DNA of 64,000 nucleotides from Eutreptiella sp. 'Long Island Sound 2002' (taxonomy: Eukaryota > Protista > Euglenida). The notes beneath the pieces are model-generated. The model searched no databases and had not been told where the DNA came from. It saw nothing but the letters and a program-made list of their open reading frames with translations. The position numbers were made by a program, and so were the translations under genes. The stretch lies in NCBI GenBank assembly GCA_964036045.1, contig OZ038378.1, forward strand, positions 55,118,001-55,182,000. Direction: 5' to 3'. Positions 57,714-64,000 of this stretch are shown one piece after another (position 1 is the first letter of the stretch; every line of letters starts with the position of its first letter).

Positions 57714-59594
57714 GCCCTAAGACCCATACAGGCTTCACTCTATAATAGGGTGCCCCCTTCCCCCCCAACACACATGCATACATACACAGGACAAGCCATG
57801 CAGCCAATGCAGAATCAAACCAGTGCGGACACCCGGGTGCCAACCGGCACACTTGCTGACCCCCCCCCACACGCCCCCCAAAGAATACCGTGCGAATTCT
57901 AAAGATTTGCGAAAATATTTAATTCCTGGCACAAGGCATTGTTGTCCGCAAAAAAAAAAAAACAACGCAAAAAATGATTAATTATTGGCTTCATGCCTTA
58001 CGCAAAAATGGGTTCGCAAAAAAAAAATCGCAAAAATGAAATAATTTTTGCCCCTGCCCCCCTTTTTGCAAGAATGCCAGAATCGCGGGAGAGTTTGCCC
58101 AACTGCTTGTTGTCCCCCTCTTCCGTGTCTCATGCCCGTTCTGCACCTTGCTTTGCTCTCAGAGAATGATGCATCCGGGATTGTCACAAGGTTTAAAATA
58201 GTGGAATGTGGCAGTTGATGTGCCCGAAAGCAGATAAAGGGCTAGCTATTATGGACAAGTTTGGAACTGGTTTGTTGAAAAACTGGTAGACCTGAACCAT
58301 GCTTGTTGGTGCTTATCTGTGCTGTGGACTGCAAAGCCAGAGTCCAAGGTATGCACGGTTTCTTGCAGTAGCAACAAAAGGAATCAACCCCAATCCCGAA
58401 AACGCAAAAAAACCGCCAAAAAAATTAATTTTTGGTCCAACACCCTACGCAAAAATGCGTTCCGCAAAAAAAAATTGCAAATTTTTTTTTGCCCATTTTT
58501 GCCCATTTTGGATGCTGCCGCAAAATTTTTGCTTATTATTAATTCAAAACACCCAACGCAAAAATTAGGATTCCGCGAAACTTTAGAATTCGCACGGTAT
58601 GCCGTAGGTCCTTGCTCTGAAGTGTGTTTTCATGAGTGCGTTATTCACACACCAATTTCCATTGTCCCTGGTTCCCACTTTTTTTGGGGGTTGTCTGCCT
58701 TTGGCTGTTTGCAATCCATTAGCTCTTGGTAGGTGGCTGTGGGTAAGCCTACCGAAGGTTACATTTACACTTTCGCTGAGCTCATCTGAATTGATGGCTG
58801 GCCTATATCGAATGCGTATCAGATAGATCTACATGTCGTAGATTGAACACGCATGGACAGGTACACTGACGGAGGTGTGCACAGTGTGCACAGACTGCAC
58901 ACAGGTAAACGGGTATGTGCACCGTGTCTGTGTGATCTCATATCTGTTAGATTGCGCATGAGGCCAGCTTGACCTTAATCCCCTCCACTCCCCCCTAAAG
59001 GGGCCTTTGGCCCATTCCCCGCCTCCGGAGTCGTGCCTCAGGCCGAAGCCCCTGCCCTTGCCCCTGCCCCCATCCTGCCATGGGCCCTTCCTGCCATCCT
59101 GCCGGCCCTCCGCGCAGCCCCTTTTCACTCCCCCGCGCCCCCAGGTTCTGGACGAAAACGGCAACCTCTGCGTCGCTGCGGACTGCCCCGTCCAACTGGA
59201 GATCGCGGGTGGCAACGGGGATCTCACCGGCACGATCTCGGCCACGGCCAAGGATGGCGTCGCGACGTTTCCGGAGGTCCAGTACACTGGGAACCAGCCG
59301 TTCGGGCTCATGGCGCACTCCGCCAACTTGTCGTCGGGGGCGTCGGAGCACCTCATCGAAGTTCGCCCAACGTCGCGGCTGAACCTCGACGCTCTGAAGG
59401 ATGAGGACAAGGAGGACGCCAAGGACTCCCCGGGCTACACCACTGACAACCCGGATACAGTGCGCATCGAGACGGAGCTCAGCACGCCGCTCTCGCCCAT
59501 CCTCTCCAAGCTCTCCCCCGACGAGCTGGATGGCTTCCGCCGCAAGTTCAAGGCCATTGACATCGATGGCGATGGCTTCATCATGCGACACGAG
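389..59594 (+). CDS. Partial multi-exon gene: giant repeat protein of alternating Ig-like beta-sandwich domains (8 B + 7 A) followed by an EF-hand; join(389-1132,2310-3053,4378-5031,6253-6483,20699-21859,23823-24116,26290-26532,31499-31783,35104-35520,52916-53155,53997-54272,55703-55900,57212-57445,59145-59594)
   Basis: All exons are AG/GT-bounded and multiples of 3. Most junctions restore the repeat consensus: NGTSTM|MPFDG, RYE|VRVLDD, FEVK|VVDD, TIPE|DINPED, LGTVQ|VEAENG, VNLT|GNCKV, VFE|VKIVDD, LFGK|TKAKVEDG, VEVK|VLDENG. No start or stop codon lies in the window. The Ig-like fold is inferred from alternating hydrophobic strands and the D-x-x-G-N turn. Junctions that fall in linkers cannot be verified by homology. 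Confidence 0.85.
2310..3053 (+). CDS. Exon 2, tandem duplicate of exon 1
   Basis: Offset 1,921 bp from exon 1 with the same splice sites; one nonsynonymous difference seen (L to S in DGL/SPK). Confidence 0.75.
4378..5031 (+). CDS. Exon 3 (B domain + start of A domain)
   Basis: cacag|ACCGAGGAG ... NGTSTM|gtcctc; 654 nt. Confidence 0.85.
6253..6483 (+). CDS. Exon 4
   Basis: tccaag|ATGCCG MPFDGTATF...APMRYE|gtgtgt; 231 nt. Confidence 0.9.
7379..7449 (+). pseudogene. Degenerate tRNA-Tyr(GUA)-like sequence inside the hAT element
   Basis: A-box TAGCTCAATTGGTAG; anticodon arm CTGCA-CTGTAGT-TCCAG (one mismatch); B-box GGTTCAAACCC with CTGGG/CCCAG stem; acceptor stem does not pair. Confidence 0.6.
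7540..7827 (+). pseudogene. hAT transposase C-terminal dimerisation-domain remnant
   Basis: ALQEWWQSRAPSP...LITQPTSGGDVERFFS matches the WW...P...TSA.vER.FS motif. Confidence 0.75.
8258..18952 (+). repeat. Intronic satellite array, 48-bp unit GGCCCCTTGAGTTGGGGTTAGGGACTCGCAATCCACGCTTTGTTGCGT, about 220 units
   Basis: Direct reading; one TTAGGG per unit; diverged units with local higher-order repeats (814 bp, 627 bp). Confidence 0.97.
19242..19968. mobile_element. TA-flanked non-autonomous TIR element (Tc1/mariner-like by TSD)
   Basis: TA|CCGAGCAAACTT ... AAGTTTGCACGG|TA; AT-rich subterminal CGCAAAAA repeats; short internal ORF remnant. Confidence 0.7.
20699..21859 (+). CDS. Exon 5 (B domain, Pro/Ser and Arg/Gly/Ser linker, A domain, start of B)
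   Basis: ttgtag|GTCAGG VRVLDDDGNLV...MLFEVK|gtccac; 1,161 nt. Confidence 0.88.
23823..24116 (+). CDS. Exon 6
   Basis: gttcag|GTAGTG VVDDDGNLVTDGKP...LGNAA|gtatgc; 294 nt. Confidence 0.88.
26290..26532 (+). CDS. Exon 7 (acceptor may be 26284, 26287 or 26290)
   Basis: cagcagcag|AAC NCDALPTDVVLLP...FEDVTIPE|gtctcc. Confidence 0.85.
27200..27615 (+). pseudogene. Second hAT transposase 3' remnant
   Basis: A frame with stops reads YEDPIEFWQQHRGALGVLVVALLTMLATSANLERSFSLA...VNGNVEKQL*; not in the ORF track. Confidence 0.75.
28400..29795 (+). pseudogene. Decayed ORF(s) of unknown family, probably TE- or virus-derived
   Basis: Protein-like collinear segments 28470-28985, 28979-29432 and 29433-29795, broken by frameshifts and stops; Lys/Glu-rich run; no motif recognised. 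Confidence 0.4.
31499..31783 (+). CDS. Exon 8
   Basis: tttcag|GAC DINPEDVLLTATAPGL...LLGTVQ|gtgctt; 285 nt. Confidence 0.9.
32222..33013. mobile_element. About 790-bp TIR element inserted in a short tandem repeat
   Basis: About 35-bp imperfect TIR TCTTAGGCGGC(T/C)GAAAGT..TACAC.TTTGTACCA; removing it with a 3-bp ATA TSD restores the flanking unit CTGATATGTGGCTCA. Confidence 0.8.
33477..33973. mobile_element. MITE, TA-flanked, with internal 31-bp tandem repeat
   Basis: TA|CCAGGAGGGGC...GCCCCTCCTGG|TA; about 6 copies of CAGCAACCATCCAGAGCCCACCAGGAAATAA at 33648-33830. Confidence 0.85.
34350..34919. mobile_element. Second, diverged copy of the same MITE family
   Basis: TA|CCAGGGGTGGAATTATTT...AAATTATTCCGCCCCCGG|TA; same 31-bp repeats and shared internal blocks. 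Confidence 0.75.
35104..35520 (+). CDS. Exon 9
   Basis: tctcag|GTG VEAENGVALF...TPVNLT|gtatgg; 417 nt. Confidence 0.9.
38100..38770 (+). mobile_element. Fragment of a second LINE family (region downstream of the RT core)
   Basis: QLGVEVP...LVTPLALHGAAVAPL...LGLDTMVL*AVPG...PHHRVSP...GPLGRALH..GWW resembles post-RT segments of protist LINEs. Recognition is by memory of family patterns only. Confidence 0.5.
39000..47690 (+). mobile_element. Decayed non-LTR retrotransposon: long upstream ORF region, APE endonuclease, partly deleted RT, RNase H
   Basis: APE motifs LLTLNV, VVLLQET, GVTILVR, VFNVY, MGGDF, LDFFL, SDHYPV (43840-44490); RT YRDD at 44635 followed by YVRIVG; RNase H motifs FVTDGS, AMEV, IDSRS, DAVDREAK (45640-46080); many stops and frameshifts. 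Both ends are approximate. Confidence 0.85.
47695..48240 (-). mobile_element. Non-LTR RT N-terminal fragment (motifs 0-3)
   Basis: Minus strand reads ALGLDSW..L..L.DWLADLLQEVERWG*WPLRLDEGYTALILK...NTRPLTVLSMIYGLWA...SINYVKCLNLIPHAIG..LELGMDP. Confidence 0.8.
48840..50980 (-). pseudogene. Decayed Cys/His-rich ORF of unknown family
   Basis: ORF-track pieces 50655-50981, 49753-49956, 49474-49734 and 48861-49097 lie collinearly on the minus strand and read as protein between isolated stops. Confidence 0.35.
51805..51902 (+). repeat. (GTCACT)n hexamer microsatellite
   Basis: Direct reading. Confidence 0.95.
52787..52877 (+). repeat. (CACACC)n-like microsatellite just upstream of the exon 10 acceptor
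   Basis: Direct reading. Confidence 0.9.
52916..53155 (+). CDS. Exon 10
   Basis: ctgcag|GGC GNCKVSASAGVAKF...PIVFE|gttgct; 240 nt. Confidence 0.88.
53997..54272 (+). CDS. Exon 11
   Basis: cgtcag|GTC VKIVDDEGNLV...SVADE|gtgcct; 276 nt. Confidence 0.88.
55703..55900 (+). CDS. Exon 12 (absent from the ORF track)
   Basis: ccccag|GAT DAEEEEEAEPMVVSVVPLESAVQRGKPFAVDVELRDKEGNLLTDATPTVTVKAVKPDGTLVELFGK|gtgtct; 198 nt; clear A-domain match. Confidence 0.88.
56141..56386. mobile_element. hAT-type MITE (246 bp)
   Basis: TIR CAGGGCTCC(C)TTTAA; 8-bp TSD GCTGTGCC/GCTGTACC (one mismatch). Confidence 0.8.
57212..57445 (+). CDS. Exon 13
   Basis: ccgcag|ACG TKAKVEDGRAHF...MQVEVK|gtacgg; 234 nt. Confidence 0.88.
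57671..57711 (+). repeat. (CA)n microsatellite
   Basis: Direct reading. Confidence 0.95.
57888..58597. mobile_element. TA-flanked non-autonomous TIR element related to 19242-19968
   Basis: Perfect 17-bp TIR CCGTGCGAATTCTAAAG with TA on both sides; 710 bp. Confidence 0.85.
59145..59594 (+). CDS. Exon 14 (last B domain, acidic linker, EF-hand loop DIDGDGFIMRHE)
   Basis: ccccag|GTT VLDENGNL...FRRKFKAIDIDGDGFIMRHE|gtatct; 450 nt. The loop has D1, D3, D5, G6, I8 and E12. Confidence 0.88.
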
Positions 59595-59799
59595 GTATCT
59601 CTGCCAAACCCCCCTGCCAGGGGGTGGAAGCAGCACCTGTGAGCAGAGGGACAACTGTCCCACTCTAAGAGTGAAGTGTCACGCGAGTGTAAAACAAAAA
59701 ATTTAAAAAATATCAATTTTTTTTCAAGTGCTACGCGAGTGATTCGCGCTGACACTCGAAAGAAAAATATGCATAAATATTTTTTTTGAGTGTCAGTGC

Positions 59800-60280
59800 C
59801 AGTGTGCCCCAAAAAACCCAAATGGGCACTTCTGATTTTCCCTTCCACTTCTGATTTTCCCTTCGGGCTTGGCGTTGGGGACCCCCGAGAATGCAGGGCG
59901 GACATAGCATTTCTGCCCTTTTTGGGGGGACCATTGGCTACAGGGCGCGCACAGGGTAACTTTTTGGGCTGTTTCCGATCCCTACCCCATGGGTAAGGCA
60001 GCCAATTCTGATTTTGTCCCCCTATGTAGGGGACCCCCGAGAACGCAGGGGTGACATAGCACTTCTGCCTCTTTTGGGCCCCCGAGAAGGCAGCCCACTC
60101 CACCACCCGTGCCTAGCCCCTCTAGCTCCGGGGGACCCTCGGTGGGCGTGGCCTGCTCCCCCCCCCCTCCTTGGTGGAGAGGGGGGAAACCACCTTCCTG
60201 TACCTGCCCACCCCACCCCTCCCTTTGTGTGGTGATCCCCGAGAATGTAGGGGTGACTTAGCATTTCCGCCCTCTTTTGG
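59800..60280 (+). repeat. Dispersed repeat preceding both satellite arrays (other copies about 7075-7150 plus 8055-8250, and about 28165-28395 on the minus strand)
   Basis: Shared motifs CCACTTCTGATTTTGTCCCC and GAGAATGCAGGGGTGAC..AGCATTTC..CCCTCTTTTGGGCCCC. Confidence 0.8.
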
Positions 60281-63200
60281 GCCCCTTGAGTTGGGGTTAG
60301 GGATTCACAATCCACGGTTTGTTGCGTGGCCCCTTGAGTTTGGGTTAGGGACTCTCAATCCACGCTTTGTTGCGTGGCCCCTTGAGTTGGGGTTAGGGAC
60401 TCTCAATCCACGCTTTGTTGCGCGGCCCCTTGAGTTGGGGTTAGTGACTCGCAATCCACGGTTTGTTGTGTGGCCCCTTGAGTACGGGTTAAGGACTCGC
60501 AATCCACGCTTTGTTGCGTGGCCCATTGAGTTGGGGTTAGGGACTCGCAATCCACGCTTTGTTGTGTGGCCCATTGAGTTGGGGTTAGGGACTCGCAATC
60601 CACGCTTTGTTGTGTGGCCCATTGAGTTGGGGTTAAGGACTCTCAATCCACGCAATGTTGTGTGGCCCCTTGAGTACGGGTTAGGAACTCGCAATCCACA
60701 CTTTGTTGCGTGGTTCATTGAGTTGGGGTTAGGGACTCGCAATCCATGGTTCGTTGTGTGGCCCCTTGAGTTGGGGTTAGGGACTCGCAATCCACGCTTA
60801 GTTGCGCCCCCCCTTGAGTTGGGGTTAGGGATTCGCAATCCACGCTTTGTTGCGTGGCCCCTTGAGTTGGGGTTAGGGACTCACAATCCACGCTTTGTTG
60901 CGTGGCCCTTTGAGTTGGGGTTAGGGACTCGCAATCCACGCTTTGTTGCGTGGCCCATTGAGTTGGGGTTAGGGACTCGCAATCCACGCTTTGTTGCGTG
61001 GCCCCTTGAGTTGGGGTTAGGGACTCGCAATCCACGCTTTGTTGTGTTGCCCTTTGAGTTGGGGTTAGGGACTCGCAATCCACGCTTTGTTGTGTGGCCC
61101 TTTGAGTTGGGGTTAGGGACTTGCAATCCACGCTTTGTTGTGTGGCCCCTTGAGTTGGGGTTAGGGACTCGCAATCCACGCTTTGTTGCGTGGCCCATTG
61201 AGTTGGGGTTAGGGACTCGCAATCCACGCTTTGTTGCGTGGCCCCTTGAGTTGGGGTTAGGGACTCGCAATCCACGCTTTGTTGCGTGGCCCCTTGAGTT
61301 GGGGTTAGGGACTCGCAATCCACGCTTTGTTGTGTGGCCCTTTGAGTTGGGGTTAGGGACTTGCAATCCACGCTTTGTTGAGTGGCCTTTTGAGTCTGGG
61401 TTAGGGACTCGCAATCCACGCTTTGTTGTGTGGCCCTTTGAGTTGGGGTTAGGGACTCGCAATCCACGCTTTGTTGTGTGGCCCTTTGAGTTGGGGTTAG
61501 GGAGTTGCAATCCACGCTTTGTTGCGTGGCCCTTTGAGTTGGGGTTAGGGACTCGCAATCCACGCTTTGTTGTGTGGCCCATTGAGTTGGGGTTAGGGAC
61601 TCGCAATCCACGCTTTGTTCCGTGGCCCCTTGAGTTGGGGTTAGGGACTCGCAATCCACGCTTTGTTGCGTGGCCCCTTGAGTTGGGGTTAGGGACTCGC
61701 AATCCACGCTTTGTTGTGTGGCCCCTTGAGTTGGGGTTAGGGACTTGCAATCCACGCTTTATTGCGTGGCCTTTTGAGTTGGGGTTAGGGACTCGCAATC
61801 CACGCTTTGTTGTGTGGCCCTTCGAGCTGGGGTTAGGGACTCGCAATCCACGCTTTGTTGTGTGGCCCTTTGAGTTGGGGTTAGGGAGTTGCAATCCACG
61901 CTTTGTTCCGTGGCCCTTTGAGTTGGGGTTAGGGAACTCGCAATCCACGCTTTCTTGTGTGGCCCATTGAGTTGGGGTTAGGGACTCGCAATCCACGCTT
62001 TGTTGTGTGGCCCCTTGAGTTGGGGTTAGGGACTCGCAATCCACGCTTTGTTGTGTGGCCCATTGAGTTGGGGTTAGGGACTCGCAATACACGCTTTGTT
62101 GCGTGGCCCCTTGAGTTGGGGTTAGGGACTCGCAATCCACGCTTTGTTGCGTGGCCCCTTGAGTTGGGGTTAGGGACTCGCAATCCACGCTTTGTTGTGT
62201 GGCCCTTTGAGTTGGGGTTAGGGAGTTGCAATCCACGCTTTGTTGTGTGGCCCTTTGAGTTGGGGTTAGGGACTCGCAATCCACGCTTTGTTGCGTGGCC
62301 CCTTGAGTTGGGGTTAGGGACTCGCAATCCACGCTTTGTTGTGTGGCCCCTTGAGTTGGGGTTAGGGACTCGCAATCCACGCTTTGTTGTGTGGCCCATT
62401 GAGTTGGGGTTAGGGACTCGCAATCCACGCTTTGTTGCGTGGCCCCTTGAGTTGGGGTTAGGGACTCGCAATCCACGCTTTGTTGCGTGGCCCCTTGAGT
62501 TGGGGTTAGGGACTCGCAATCCACGCTTTGTTGTGTGGCCCTTTGAGTTGGGGTTAGGGAGTTGCAATCCACGCTTTGTTGTGTGGCCCTTTGAGTTGGG
62601 GTTAGGGACTCGCAATCCACGCTTTGTTGCGTGGCCCCTTGAGTTGGGGTTAGGGACTCGCAATCCACGCTTTGTTGTGTGGCCCTTTGAGTTGGGGTTA
62701 GGGACTTGCAATCCACGCTTTATTGCGTGGCCCCTTGAGTTGGGGTTAGGGACTCGCAATCCACGCTTTGTTGTGTGGCCCTTCGAGCTGGGGTTAGGGA
62801 CTCGCAATCCACGCTTTGTTGTGTGGCCCTTTGAGTTGGGGTTAGGGAGTTGCAATCCACGCTTTGTTGCGTGGCCCTTTGAGTTGGGGTTAGGGACTCG
62901 CAATCCACGCTTTCTTGTGTGGCCCATTGAGTTGGGGTTAGGGACTCACAATCCACGCTTTGTTGCGTGGCCCATTGAGTTGGGGTTAGGGACTCGCAAT
63001 CCACGCTTTGTTGCGTGGCCCTTTGAGTTGGGGTTAGGGACTCGCAATCCACGCTTTCTTGTGTGGCCCATTGAGTTGGGGTTAGGGACTCGCAATCCAC
63101 GCTTTGTTGCGTGGCCCCTTGAGTTGGGGTTAGGGACTCGCAATCCACGCTTTGTTGCGTGGCCCCTTGAGTTGGGGTTAGGGACTCGCAATCCACGCTT

Positions 63201-64000
63201 TGTTGTGTGGCCCTTTGAGTTGGGGTTAGGGACTTGCAATCCACGCTTTGTTGAGTGGCCTTTTGAGTCTGGGTTAGGGACTCGCAATCCACGCTTTGTT
63301 GTGTGGCCCTTTGAGTTGGGGTTAGGGACTCGCAATCCACGCTTTGTTGTGTGGCCCTTTGAGTTGGGGTTAGGGAGTTGCAATCCACGCTTTGTTGCGT
63401 GGCCCTTTGAGTTGGGGTTAGGGACTCGCAATCCACGCTTTGTTGTGTGGCCCATTGAGTTGGGGTTAGGGACTCGCAATCCACGCTTTGTTGTGTGGCC
63501 CCTTGAGTTGGGGTTAGGGACTCGCAATCCACGCTTTGTTCCGTGGCCCCTTGAGTTGGGGTTAGGGACTCGCAATCCACGCTTTGTTGCGTGGCCCCTT
63601 GAGTTGGGGTTAGGGACTCGCAATCCACGCTTTGTTGTGTGGCCCCTTGAGTTGGGGTTAGGGACTTGCAATCCACGCTTTATTGCGTGGCCTTTTGAGT
63701 TGGGGTTAGGGACTCGCAATCCACGCTTTGTTGTGTGGCCCTTCGAGCTGGGGTTAGGGACTCGCAATCCACGCTTTGTTGTGTGGCCCTTTGAGTTGGG
63801 GTTAGGGAGTTGCAATCCACGCTTTGTTCCGTGGCCCTTTGAGTTGGGGTTAGGGAACTCGCAATCCACGCTTTCTTGTGTGGCCCATTGAGTTGGGGTT
63901 AGGGACTCGCAATCCACGCTTTGTTGTGTGGCCCCTTGAGTTGGGGTTAGGGACTCGCAATCCACGCTTTGTTGTGTGGCCCATTGAGTTGGGGTTAGGG
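60280..64000 (+). repeat. Second intronic array of the same 48-bp satellite; more homogeneous, runs off the window
   Basis: Same consensus; the variant TTCGAGCTGG recurs at 61821, 62782 and 63742, giving a 20-unit higher-order repeat. Confidence 0.97.

Noticed and set aside
61931-63852. A 1,921-bp period in satellite array 2, equal to the exon-duplication period
   Set aside because: It is 40 x 48 + 1 (960 + 961); another marker pair in the same block is 1,873 apart and the sequences are unrelated, so this is coincidence.

Overview
Eukaryotic nuclear DNA; a protist, possibly a euglenid, is a weak inference from splice-site style and TE content. The window is the middle of one very large + strand gene. 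I reconstruct 14 GT-AG exons (389-59594, about 6.17 kb coding, about 2,057 aa, open at both ends). They encode 15 alternating A/B beta-rich Ig-like repeats with low-complexity linkers, followed by a canonical EF-hand loop. Every intron is phase 0 and every exon ends in G. The first two exons sit in a near-identical 1,921-bp tandem duplication, and the third exon is a chimera sharing their first 363 nt. The introns (0.8-17.4 kb) hold two arrays of a 48-bp TTAGGG-containing satellite, both preceded by the same dispersed repeat. They also hold non-autonomous hAT elements (8-bp TSD; one carries a tRNA-Tyr-like fragment), TA-flanked TIR elements, and a decayed APE-RT-RNase H non-LTR retrotransposon with an unusually long unrecognised upstream ORF region. 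Fragments of a second LINE family and two decayed ORFs of unknown origin are also present. Most ORF-track entries are artefacts of repeats or high GC.
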